The notes beneath the pieces were generated by a model. That model was not told the DNA's origin. It saw nothing but the letters and a program-made list of their open reading frames with translations, and made no database searches. A stretch of DNA of 52,791 bases, filler included, from Porpidia crustulata (Eukaryota), in NCBI GenBank assembly GCA_964255105.1. It is 4 parts of 4 records of this genome, joined end to end, with 100 filler letters (N's around TTAATTAATTAA, not from the genome) between each part and the next. Parts side by side here need not be neighbours in the genome. Positions count along the whole stretch, not along the records: positions 26,460 to 39,576 come from CAXUWE010000459.1; 3 more parts are not named here. The stretch is one strand, 5' to 3'. The position numbers were made by a program, and so were the translations under genes. Positions 26,360 to 38,036 of the stretch are shown here, piece by piece (the stretch's first letter is position 1; each line of letters opens with the position of its first letter).

Positions 26360-26459
26360 NNNNNNNNNNNNNNNNNNNNNNNNNNNNNNNNNNNNNNNNN
26401 NNNTTAATTAATTAANNNNNNNNNNNNNNNNNNNNNNNNNNNNNNNNNNNNNNNNNNNN
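26360..26459. other. Artificial contig-joining spacer
   Basis: 44 N + TTAATTAATTAA + 44 N. Confidence 0.97.
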
Positions 26460-27717
26460 ATATATATAGTATCCTTGAGTTTCAAATATATAGTACGGCG
26501 GCATTGTTTCCGTGTTAAAACTCACTTCGTGCTCTTGCTTCCTCTCTACTCTCTCATGCTTCCTCGATGCTTTCTTGCTGCGCCTTCTGCTCCCCCTTGC
26601 TCCCCCAGTACTCCCTTATCGCTCTTCCTTGCTCTCTCTCTGCTCCTTTCAAAGCGGCTCTGCTTTCTTTCTCGATCGAAAACGACAATCGCAAATCTTA
26701 AATTTCGAGGCGTATATAATTCATATGGGGAACTCGATATCTAGCCGACTGGGTGAACTCTGAAAGGCGCAGATGGTTCTCGGACAGAGGGGTTCGAAGT
26801 TTGATACGGGGTTGATTGTGAGAAGATAATGAGACGGTTTATAAGATTGATGAAGGGATTTGTCGAGGAGAATGTTGGGAGTTGAGGCTGTGTGTTGTGT
26901 TGTATTGAATCGATTGAAGAATTGTGAATCGGGAATTTTGATACAACGACAGGCTTCATGAGGATGCATCATGTAGGGTCCAAATTCCGGCTTGGCTGCT
27001 CGGGGACACAGATGCGGCAACTCTGATCATACAAGACCGTCGTCTAAGGGAATAGCAGGATTGCTTTTAACAAAGCAAATTCGGATATGTGTAGTAACAA
27101 TGAATGCGTACAAGATAGGTCGAAGAATATTGAGGGAAACAAATCCTATTGCTCATTCTCAACATCATGTCCTCCTTCGTCGGCAAGCGGGCAAGCTGAG
27201 AGAACCACACTTGTATTAGATGAACTAATAACCAATAACGAGTTGAAGTCGTAATTGAAAGCAACACGATATGCTATGATAAATTTCAATCCCCAAATAT
27301 GACCAACATCATTCTTATCCAAAGTCTTCTCCGCTGCCTGAGCCTAATTCCGCCCAACTTCAAGCCTTTCGATTGGACTTGCGCCAAGTATCCCAAGTTA
27401 TTCTCTTGCCTTGATTGCGCTACAGCCACGCGTCAGGAGTAGTACAATCTTTCCTAATCAAAATGAGAGACCAAACCATAGAAACAGGAGGTGCCCGCAC
27501 GGAATTTTCTTGACTGGCAATGTCAATACGAAACGCTATAGTCCATACTTAAAATATACAAAGACGAAGATCGAAAGGCGCCATTTAATTAGCGCCGACA
27601 AATAGGCTATAATCGAAAAACGACGACGCGGTAGTACTATCAGAAGAACGTGACCATTGATTTTTGGAACCCAGATCTCCTTTATGAGCGTCACTATGAT
27701 GACTTGCGTCGGTCCGA

Positions 27718-28270
27718 CTAGGCCGTCACTGGTACTATCCCACTCGTAGGATGAGCCAGTGACACTTGCGACAATGCCGCGCTTTGTAGGTCCGATTTCA
27801 GCACGTATAAGGTGGAGAGCTTGCCAAGGAGCCGCAAGATCTGGTTTACGACACCCAGTGGAAGCCTGTCAAGGTAGAGTTTCATGAACATGACGTTACT
27901 GTGTCCATCCTTTGTGGCATTATCTGTCGTTGGCTTTGACTCCGTCTCCGGGTCAACGAAAATGGTGACTTCTGTTCTTCTTGGCGGGAGCTGAACCTTA
28001 GTGTAGTTTTCTATGGACCGCAATATGTTAGTTGCATCTGACAAGATAGGCTGAAGATATTAATGTAAGATGAGTCGCTCTCGCACCTTGAGCAATTGAG
28101 GATTTATCCTGCACTTTCACAGTGCCTCGATCCGGATCAACCACTATAACTCGATTCTTCCAGGGCGGACTGGGAGTTTTGCCACGGATCTTGAGGAATT
28201 GATGTTTCGTCGGCACAGGCTCGTCCTCAGATGAAGTTGGGCACGTATCACTATGGAGAACCTTTGCCAT
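27718..28270 (-). CDS. Small protein of unknown function 'X1' (about 158 aa), paralog of 34016-34553
   Basis: Two exons, intron 28011-28086 (GTGCGA..CTAAC..TAG). Protein includes PWKNRVIVVDPDRGTVKV...QENYTKVQLPP..TEVTIFVDPET...HSNVMFMKLYLDRLPLG. Supported by a paralog with the same intron position and phase. Confidence 0.8.
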
Positions 28271-29563
28271 ATATAAGGAGAGGTCGGTGATAACTAAGCT
28301 AAGAGGTGCACCTCTATGAGCCCAAATACCTAGTATGAGGTTGATATGTGCCCCGCTATGTAACCTGGGCAATACTGAACTTGCAGGACGCCAACATCCT
28401 TTTATTGTTGTCAGGCATATATTCAGCCTCTGGGATTTCTGATACGTACACTGCTTCGAATCCATTCGAGCCAAGGTCGTGGTGTATTGGGAAACAAAAT
28501 GATTGGTTTTAAAACCCAAGGCTTATTTTCAGAACAACGTGGTATACCTTACAGGCCCTGCACGTGCCTCAAATACCTTAGGCTTTCCCCAAGGCATTTT
28601 CGAGAAGGCGACTGGATCTTGAGAACACCCTACCTATTTCATTCAGGCTAGGTGTGTATCAAAAGTTTCATATCAAACCTGGAAACATATTTAATATAAT
28701 ATACGTTGTGATAATCGCTTCTGATTTTTCCAAAATTCGCTTTGCTGTTTTGGGTGCGAAGCGCTGTACAAAGATTTGCTTGTCATATCGGGCGAGACTT
28801 GATTGTATAAGAGAAACATCCTTGCAAATACTCGTGGGATACCTGAGATGTTATATTACTAAGATTCCTGTGAGACGCCCCTGCGTGGCGTTCGAAGTCC
28901 TTCGACAATGGCCTTGCGGATACACCTATATTAGCTAGCAAGATGAGGTCTCACGGGCGTCCATAGATCTTTGAATATATGAAGCGGTGTGGAGGTGCAT
29001 CGGGTAGAGCGCGCAGATGATGTTGTGAGAATACCAGTGGTTCTGCATACCTGTTCTTGTAATTCGCCTGCAGACGCTCTGCTGTGGGCCTGTGGCGTGA
29101 TATCTGTTTCTCGTGTTCCTACCTGCCTTCTCAGAGTGGACACCAACCATTCACCTCATTATCCTCCACACCATATGTTTGAGATTGGATCATCGATGCA
29201 GCGCTGATCTCTTGCTATTGGCAATCGAGAGCTTGGCTGATCCTAGAGCCTTGTCCATCAACCTCCGAAGACTAGTTAAGACTTGAGAATACGGGGAACA
29301 GTCTACATCAGCTTAGAATGCCGGCTCAGCGTACAAGGTACGTGATATTGGAGGCTCCTCTGGCAGCCTTCTCAACGAGGCTGTTAATAATGCAGAATAA
29401 ACCCGTGCTTGCGGCTCTTCACTTAGTCTAAGCCAGGATAAGTACCTGGGAAGGACCACATAAGTGGTTCGCATTAGCTTATTCTCGCAATCGTCTCTAT
29501 CCTTAATGTTTTTTCTGGCGTCCATAAGCTCGTTGAGACGTTGTTAACGCGTCAAGACGGCCA

Positions 29564-31456
29564 ATGGACGATATAGTGCTTCCCTTACATGAAGAACCTG
29601 GGACAATTGGGGGATCTACTGATAGAGACGCTTGGAAAGATTATAATTTACTCAGCTTAGGTCGGTACAAACCTCTAAGACGACCTTTCAACGTATTCTT
29701 ACTCTTTGACAACGTAGATGGCGGCGGCATTCGAGGTTATTGGAGTCTTTTGGTTCTCCAATTACTCATGACATATATTGCTGAGAAGGAGGAAAATGAG
29801 CTAGAAGATGCATTGGTCTATTCCAGCTTTCACCCGGAGGTCTTCCCCCCAAATGTGTCTCACGTGCCTCCCTCGGGCGACGAGAAAGAAAGAGTGAAAC
29901 AATACACAAACCACGTTGGCAAACAGCGTGCAAAGCTCAGGCCGCGGAGATACCTTCCATGTCATTACTTTGACTACATATGCGGTTCTAGTACAGGAGC
30001 GTAAGTTCACCGGTGTCTTATAGCCAAAGCCCCATCATCGCTGATAGCGCCGGTAGACTGATTGCTATCATGTTGGGGAGGCTTCGGATGACTGTGCTTG
30101 ATTGCATCAAGGAATACGAAAATCTTGGCGGGAATGTCTTTGGAAAACCACGCTTCTTCACAGGGCTACATTTCCCGGTCATCACAAACAGAGCCAAATA
30201 CGATGCTGATAAGCTTAAAGACATCTTTGAGAACGTCACGAGAAATCGCGATCGACAGACTGAAGAAGACCATCAAAGCACGGCCTTCCCCTCCGAGCGA
30301 GATCTATGCCGAACGTTAGTATATGGCCTCTTTCGCTTTGTTCTGACTCTACCTTCGTCTTCAGTTTGTTTGGAGAAGTTGACTTTCTGATGATCTGGCC
30401 GGGCCATTCACAGCGTCTCGTTTTTGACGTTGTCGTCTCTGCCCTACATGCTTACCGCTGCACAGGTTTGTCACTACATTTCGAAGCATCTCAAGGGACA
30501 CAGGTGCCGCCAGACTGCATCTTATTCGATCTTACGATCATACCCCACGAAACAACTCTGGTCCTCTGATTACACAACCACGGAGAGCGACCGAGCGATC
30601 GACTCGGTCTAATACCGGAGAAAGTAACAAAATCAGCTTGCGTGGACCGGAGAAGAACCAGTCAACCAGACGTACCATCAAATACGGCATAGCACATAAC
30701 CTGGAGATTTGGCAGGTTGCTCGTGCAGCAACTGCGGCTCCTTGGTACTTTGACCGTCTCAAAATCAAGGTTGACGAGCGTGGGTCTGACATGTACTACC
30801 TGCTTTTCACAGACGGAGGCTTTGATTACACGAATAATCCCACAAAAGAAGGTGTATCGGAGATCAAGGAAGCCCGGGGGCCCGATTCAGTGAATACTGT
30901 TGTGAGTATCGGAACCGCAAGATACAATGAGCGACAAGCGGATAGTTTCAGATCAAGGATCAAAGGCGTAATTAATCGGGGCACGGACCCTGAGCGAATT
31001 CATGCAGATATGGTAGAAGATAGTAATAGAAGCGAAGGCGGGTTCTCTTACTATCGGTTGAACGCTCCCGGCTCTTTGGACGTGGAACTTGACGAGTGGA
31101 AACCAAGAGCAAAACCTTTTGGCATAGAACCTGGTATAGAAACGCTGAATAAGATACGAAATGCTTTTAACGAGTGGGCCAGTCTTCACGAGACAATTCA
31201 TAAACTTACGGATTGCGCAGCTGATCTAGTCGAACGCAGAAAGGCCAGGACTTCCGATAGAGCGCAGTGGGAAAGGTATGCTACTGGTGCCAAATTTGTC
31301 TGCTACTTCCAGAACTGTGAAGAGAAGATTTTCCATAGGGGCCGTTTTGAAGAACACTTGGCCCTGGAGCATGGCGTACAGCCTGGTCTCATGTCACAGG
31401 TTGTGGAAGATTGCAAAAAGCAGTGGCGTTACCCACCCGCACCCAATGTACATTGA
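29564..31456 (+). CDS. Patatin-like phospholipase with C-terminal C2H2-type zinc finger, 4 exons
   Basis: Introns 29661-29717, 30001-30056 and 30315-30465. Motifs LLSLDGGGIRG, FDYICGSSTGALIAIMLGRL (nucleophile Ser), IWQVARAATAAPWYF, FTDGGF (catalytic Asp), VSIGT and YYRLN. The tail CYFQNCEEKIFHRGRFEEHLALEH fits C-x4-C-x12-H-x4-H. Confidence 0.92.
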
Positions 31457-31763
31457 TACTTAGCGGGTGAGACTTGTCGCACGGAGTTGTAGGCGTCGGG
31501 GCATAGATCGATAGATACCCTGCCGCGAGCGTTTTGCATACATTTGGAGTTGCAGTCGGCTGCTTGCTGGTACTGCTCGGTATCTACGAGGGACCAGGTG
31601 TTTGGATTCTCGCCGCAACGATTCATTGATTGCCATCATGTACGAACAAAAGTAATTTACCAAATAGCGTAGACGTAGACTAAATGTTCATAGGAGTTGT
31701 AACCCGAGTCAATGTCGGTTCAACTTGTCATGGATATATGAAGATTGCCACATGTTTCGCACA

Positions 31764-32091
31764 CTCGTGCTCGTCCCCAACGGCACACGCTCAGCCCTAT
31801 CGTTAGGGGCAGAGTTACCTGAATACACTAGTGTATCGTAACCCTTGCTCTATATTGAGCACGGCGAGGTGTTAAATCTTTAATTTAGTCTTTTTCGACC
31901 TTCGAACATTAAAACTTTCATTTAATTCCGGTTGAAGTAATCGCGACACGCTGTCGATAAAATTTCTTATACAATATGGATGCAATTATTGGTTTGATAT
32001 ACTCTAGAAGTTCAACATGATGTTCCCATTTATGTAACTCTAACCCCAATGGTAGGGCTTAGCGTGTGTCGCTGGGGAGCGACTGAATGAG
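31764..32091. mobile_element. About 330-bp degenerate MITE with roughly 60-bp imperfect terminal inverted repeats
   Basis: Left TCCCCAACGGCACACGCTCAGCCCTATCGTTAGGGGCAGAGTTAC versus reverse-complemented right TCCCCAGCGACACACGCTAAGCCCTACCATTGGGGTTAGAGTTAC. Mismatches are mostly transitions, the core is AT-rich, and the flanks are TA (32092-32093) and CA (31762-31763). Confidence 0.72.
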
Positions 32092-32820
32092 TACCTTATG
32101 AGTATTTTTTCGACTCAGGATTTCTCGTCAGTGAACAAACATAGTCTCGCCCGATTGACTACTACTTGAAGTCATTCCTCCAAATTATCTTCTAGCAGGA
32201 CTTAGATATCTATTATCTTCTACCTAGCCCTACCTTCGCATCCCCCAATTTGATTTCTATCATCTGGCAATCCGGTGCTCACCCATCGATCGTTCATTCC
32301 CTAAGGACTGTGTGCCCTGGAACTTTAGTCCCAGCACCCATTTATTTGTGTCATCGTGACATTCCGTTTGGGCAGAATAGTCATAGCTTGCCTACCAATG
32401 CCCAGCAGGCCTAGTCTCTATGTGAAACAGGCTGTGGCCTTTTTCAGCTGTGTGACCCCCCGCAGCTAGCTGCTATCCACGGGCGCATCTAGTTACTTTC
32501 TATTCTCACCCTCGACGCCTTCAAGACGTGATGGGATTCTCCTTCATTACAAGGTAGGCTCACAAATTCAATTCCAGCCTAGCCAGAGCAGCCTACAAAT
32601 TCGAAAGTATCTCATGCACGGAACAATGAGTCTTGATACGCCCCGCCGCAATGCTGCCAGAGCGAGCTCTCCAGCTGACCTTGACTAGCGCGAACCAAGT
32701 TATGACAAATAAGAGCCTCTTAAACAGAGTCATATCATGGAACTCCGGTGCAATCAAGGTACGATTTGATAGTCTTTGAACCTGGTTTGTATCGCCTGCT
32801 CGACTGATCATTTTGGACTG

Positions 32821-33846
32821 ATGTCTCAAAAAAGCACTTTTCCCTATCTGTTTAATACATTTCTTGTATTATCTGTTATGCACCAAGCAGCATACACTGC
32901 AGATCTGCATAGCAGTGATCCAAAAACTATTGCTTACCCCCTTCGGTTTCAGCGCCTTCTGTCCACCCTCATCCGACTCCTCGTTCATCTAGTTACCCTA
33001 CCCTACTACCGTTTATTCCAATTTAATACCGGCAAACCAATCTATCGGCTCGCGACCTACGCCTCTATTCCAGGGCAGAACTCGAAAGTAATCCACCTCA
33101 TCGCACACTGGAGGACACGAAAGCTTGCAGAGCTGCAATTCATCTCCATTGCTGTGCGAAGCCTCCTTTATATACTCATTCTCTCCCTATCTTGAATCGT
33201 ATCTCACACTTCTTAGTGCGCAGTCCTCGCCGCAGCCGTAATCGGCGCTTTCTCCTGGACCGCCATACCCAATGCCTACTGGATCTCACTAGCGCTCTGG
33301 TACTGTAGCCTTGTGCTCTCGATCCTCGGAATCTTGGTCGCAGCGCAGCAAGTCGCGGTGCTCACCCTCTTAGGCGAACCTAAAGCCAGTGAAGCAAATG
33401 TATTTATACGGCACTATCTTCCCCTTTTACTGACGGAAGTTGGCGATCGTGGATCAGATGGACGTTTCTTGTCAGACGAGAGAAATCCCGGCACTTGGAG
33501 GCCACGGTGGAAGATGGTGTTCACTTGGCAGTGCCCGATGATGTTCACATCGTATTCAGTTGTATTTTTCCTCGCGGGGTTGACCTTGTACGTTTGTACG
33601 CCTCTGATACGCGGAGCGCAATGGAATGAGGGTGTGAATGTAAGTTGATCGTGGCTCGTCGACCCAAAGCAAAAGACGGAGATCTGACGCCTGATGAAGA
33701 TAGCTACCGTTTTTCTTGCTACTGCCGCGATTGCAGGCACTTCTTTCATACTTTGCGGGTATTGGATCTACCACTATATTGATTTGGAAGATATATTCGA
33801 AAAGCAGGGGGACAAGGAAACAGAAGGAACAAGTGTAACTTTATAA
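32821..33846 (+). CDS. Four-transmembrane protein of unknown function (topology reminiscent of DUF6535/PGG-type domains), 3 exons
   Basis: Introns 33154-33216 and 33640-33699; alternative start 32878. Four hydrophobic segments: ELQFISIACAVLAAAVIGAFSW, YWISLALWYCSLVLSILGILVAAQQ, WQCPMMFTSYSVVFFLAGLTLYV and IATVFLATAAIAGTSFILCGYWIY. The family resemblance is inference. Confidence 0.8.
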
Positions 33847-34015
33847 ATACGACGTAACGGAAGAATCTCAAGGTATACGTTTTACGCAACCCCTTAGGCT
33901 GGAATGATATCATTGGTTGAGTCAATTCCGGCACATGGTATATAGCTCTATAAGATAACATCCAAGTTATGAGTGCTCTTGTTGCTAACCTGTTGGAAAT
34001 AGTACTTTCTCGATC

Positions 34016-34553
34016 TCAGAACTGTTGAAGGTTGTGGCAACCCTTTTCAATATCCCCAAACTCCACCTTCTTCTCTTTCTCCGTTCCTTCGATCGTGTCC
34101 ATTTTCGTTACATAAACCGTCTTGATCATCCTCAATTTTCTCAGCAAACGACTGCAAAACCCCATCGGTAACCTATTGACATATATCGTCATCAACATAA
34201 CGTTACAGTGCTCATCCTCTGTCGTATCTCTTAGTGTTGGCCGGGACGCTGTTTCGGGATCGACAAAGATGGTGAACTCGGTTGTTCCAGGAGGGATGCT
34301 CAGTTTGGTGTGGTTTTCTAAAAAGCAAAGGGGGCAAATTTGTTAGTGATGGACTTTGTTTTGGGAATCAGGGTCGCTGAGGGTTGTCAGGTATGATACC
34401 TTGGACAATGTTGGTTTCATTCCTGATCCTGACCGTTTCACGGTCAGGATCCACAACGATGACGCGGGTCTTCCACGGTAGGATGAGGTCCTTCGAAGTC
34501 GCAGCTCGGAGTTGCGGTGGTTTGAGCTCGTCGGGAGGCGAAGCCGCGGACAT
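34016..34553 (-). CDS. Small protein of unknown function 'X2' (about 151 aa), paralog of 27718-28270
   Basis: Two exons, intron 34318-34399 (GTATCA..CTAAC..TAG). Protein includes PWKTRVIVVDPDRETVRI...QENHTKLSIPP..TEFTIFVDPET...HCNVMLMTIYVNRLPMG. Confidence 0.8.
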
Positions 34554-35910
34554 TTTCGCTCAGGATGATCTTTTTGTATATCTATTATGGGACTTACTGC
34601 TGCGAGAATCATCCGAAGAATCGTGGTAAAATTTGCAGGTCGAACAACATTAATAAAGATCTTACCTCTTAACAAGGGGAGGATTGTGTCGTATCATACA
34701 TCTACTCATACCTGACTAACCGCGTGATGAGCAAACAGTCACATGTCGTTCAGCTTCACTCATCGTCGAGCCTGGGAATGAGTAAAATCACGTCTTCGTG
34801 CCCACTGCAATTAAATTGATTCACATCTCCCCCCACCCAAGCCCCTAATCAAAATATCTAAGCCTCCTAACCCTGCTTCACCGATTCAATAGATATGAGC
34901 ATTCCAACCGCAAGATCGCATGACCCAGCAGACGATCGCCTGTGGCATTGCTCGGGTTCGTACTCGAATCGCACGCTTACAGCTTCAACGCAGCCGCCCT
35001 CAGTCGAAAGAGGTTTGCCACCCACAACCACACTCTTTCGCGTTTCTTGCTTCACGATCCTCAGCCGGCACACAACATTCCAAAATCCCCCATCCCTCCT
35101 CCCAAGCTCTCTCGACCACACTCCCCTCATCCTCTTCCAACCTTCCAACCCCCGTTGCCATTCCTACATCCCCGCTCCGTTCGCCGAGGTCCCGCTCCAA
35201 CCGCCGGAGTTGAGCCCCTCTCGGATGAGTAGAAGCCAACGACTTTGGCCCGCGGTAATTTGATACCTTCGCCGAGGTCCCGTGCAGCCTAGGAGGATGT
35301 AGACATTTCCTGGAACTTGGATGAGATCGGTGATCTGGGTGGAGATACTGGAGAGCACACCGTCGCGCGGGTGACGGAAGAATTGAAGCCTGCCCCCTTT
35401 GCATTTTCTGCTAATGGAGTATTGTACTGTAATTCATAGGTAACTCTTCATTTCCTACATACCGTATAGCAATGATAGGGTATCAATGAAGATATGGATG
35501 TAGAATCACATATCAATTATATTAGAATCCGTCGTTGGGGAGGAGGGGAAGCGTCCAGCTGTTCCGTCACCCGCGTACCCCATTACGCTGATTACGTTTC
35601 TATTCTACGCCCTGGGTGAAATATACCCCGTAGGTGTGAGGTTCAGGTGCAGTCAATTGCATGGTTTGTGTAGATATTTGGTTAGATTTCTTTCTGGTAT
35701 AGGTTTAGGGCTACAAATCGCCGTACGGATTGAGGCTGACGCTAGTCTCCTGGAGGTTAGACCTAAACTTGAAGGGCAGAATCTGCACGGTAGGTAGTAA
35801 GTAGTAACTAACGATTCTACCGTTCACTATACAACTCATAGGCTCGCAACGACCTTTCGCCATCCAACGTGCCATCTTGCAACGAATCAGCGAACGATAA
35901 CAGACACTTT

Positions 35911-37635
35911 CTACCGGATCTCCCATATCATTTCATCCCGTGACTCGCAGCAAGCGGAAGAAACATAGGTGAAATTGTAGAAACACCCGTGCGCCTCCTT
36001 CTCCAGTGGCAGTATTAGATCATCAAGCGCCCGCCCATTGAAGCTTGAAGTCCCGGCCACCGCGGCCACCGTTAGACACACTCCCTGAGGAAACAACGGA
36101 TCGAGACCGAGCTTCTTAGCCTGCGCTGTGCTTGGTTTCCTACAATTACATCCCTTGCGCTCGTCGGCGTCGCAATCGCTGGGGCCTTTACACTTGCCTC
36201 CGCATTTCCGTTCACCGACAGTGGCGGATTGGGAAGCGGGCCAGGAAACGTTCTTTGCTGTCTGCGGCTGTGGTTGCTGTGGCTCCGGTCCTGCTGCTTT
36301 GAAGCTTTCGTCTGGTGGCGAGCGGGGGATTGGCCCGAACGCGTCCGGCCAAGGAGCGATATAAATTGCTTTCTATCAGCTCCATACGTACCGGCGGAAG
36401 GTCCGGGCACATTCTGCGGTGGAAGGATCTACGTAGACGTACCCCCTGCTTGTGAAACGTGTACCGAGCCGTCATCTACGGTGAGCATTTCAACGCCACG
36501 GACGAACTTCTAAAGTTTACTGGTCGAACGGCTCCACTCCTGGTCACGTTGACCGGAGTTTTCGCACCTGCAGTTCCTCCAGCAATGATATCGAATCGCT
36601 GCAGAAGCGTAAAAGCTTCTTAGACTATAACCCCATGTCCATTCCAGACGCGGAGTCATGTCATCCGCGAACCAAACCACCCTTGGCGAATCCACGGTCT
36701 GGTGTTGTCTGCGACAATATCCCCCTGCGTTTGCGTTACTGGTGTAGATCACTACAAGTTAGCGTGTACCTCAGGCGCGTTGGAAAAGAAACGCGCTTAC
36801 TCGTTGCCGCCCGAGAGTCCAACTGCACAAAGCGCTGTGTTATCTTCGAAGTCGGTTACAGAAAATGGCGGAGGTAGGGGAAACCTTGGTAGTTCTCCTT
36901 GACATTCGATGCGATTGAGTTGATGGATCCCAGTATTTTCTCCGAACCAATCTCCAGTACCACGTTCACTGGAGTCATCTTGACGGGAGCCATGTTGAAG
37001 GGAGAGGCGTTGTTGAAAAGCGATTTGGCTGCCGAAACGCGCGTATGTGACAACTCAGGATTAACTCCCGTGCGTAGGCTCGCAAGCGAAGAGCTGTCCA
37101 GCGTTATGGCAAATCAACTGGACGAGTCCGGCAAAAAAGGGTTAAGCCAGTCAGGTTCGTCCCACCAAGACGAAATGTTCGGTTTCTGGGTGGTGTCTTG
37201 TAACCCGAAATTGCAGAAACAGCGTGCCCGGCACTGTAGAATTGCGCGCATAAAAGCCCCAAACCCGGGAGGTTCGTGCAAGATGGCCAATGCTTGAGGA
37301 GAGGAATCATCAAAGATGAGTATGGACAGCTCCTCGTCATAGAAAGCGCCCAAATTCCCGCTCGAGGCTCGCCCCCTATACTGAGTCTTGGCACATAGCT
37401 GCTGCATGGAGATAGAATTGAGATTGATCCCGTGCCATTTCGGTAGGTTCAGACTTGAGCTGGCCCCGAGACAAGTCAAGTTAGACTTTAGGTTAGCCTC
37501 TCTAGGATCAAGATTCTCCTCTGCTAGGGGATGTGCCAGGTCATAGATGGCGTTAGCAGCTGCGAAAAGGCAGGTTAGAGACACTAACGGAATTTGAACA
37601 GAATTGTTCGATGGTATACACCCCCGGAGTCCCAT
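35911..37635 (-). pseudogene. Pseudogene of a secreted cysteine-rich protein with two tandem LCA..GG..N.GG.C..C...C.C units
   Basis: Signal-like LVSLTCLFAAANA. Unit 1: QQLCAKTQYRG..NLGAFY..CRARCFC. Unit 2: ALCAVGLSGG..NAGGYC..CWRNCRC. C-terminus CGGKCKGPSDC..CNC..GCFYNFTYVSSACCESRDEMIWE. In-frame stops at 37114, 36510 and 36429, plus at least two frameshifts. Confidence 0.75.
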
Positions 37636-38036
37636 GTTGATAATGGATCTTCCAGAGCATTGGAATTAGGATGAAAGATGAGATCAGCACGTTAAGCCGA
37701 ACTCTCAACTTACTGCATGAATCATGGATGCAACGAATGTATATGCCAAAGATGTTCAGCGCATACAGAACCAATTACAATCTTTCCGAAAGTCGCGTAA
37801 AAAAAAAACCCTCTAATTCATCGAACAGATGTATATGCGTTGCGGGTAAAACTTTAACCGCTGCGCAAGTACGGTTGGGAACAGCGCGACCATTCGATAA
37901 AGGACTAGGATATCTTAATGTAGCTTGTATAAACAGTCCGCTTAGTCTGGTGTTCTTCGTATTCCCATTTTCCTCTGCGTCCTGTCCTCCTTCCCGCACC
38001 GCTTGCATTACAGGCTTCAAATAGTTTACAAGAAAC

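Noticed and set aside
31429..31663. Small Cys-containing minus-strand ORFs after the patatin
   Set aside because: They overlap the patatin stop and 3' UTR and have no signal peptide or paralog.
34867..35404. Overlapping 90-134 aa ORFs on both strands
   Set aside because: No consistent gene model or motif; possibly a decayed gene, but not supportable.
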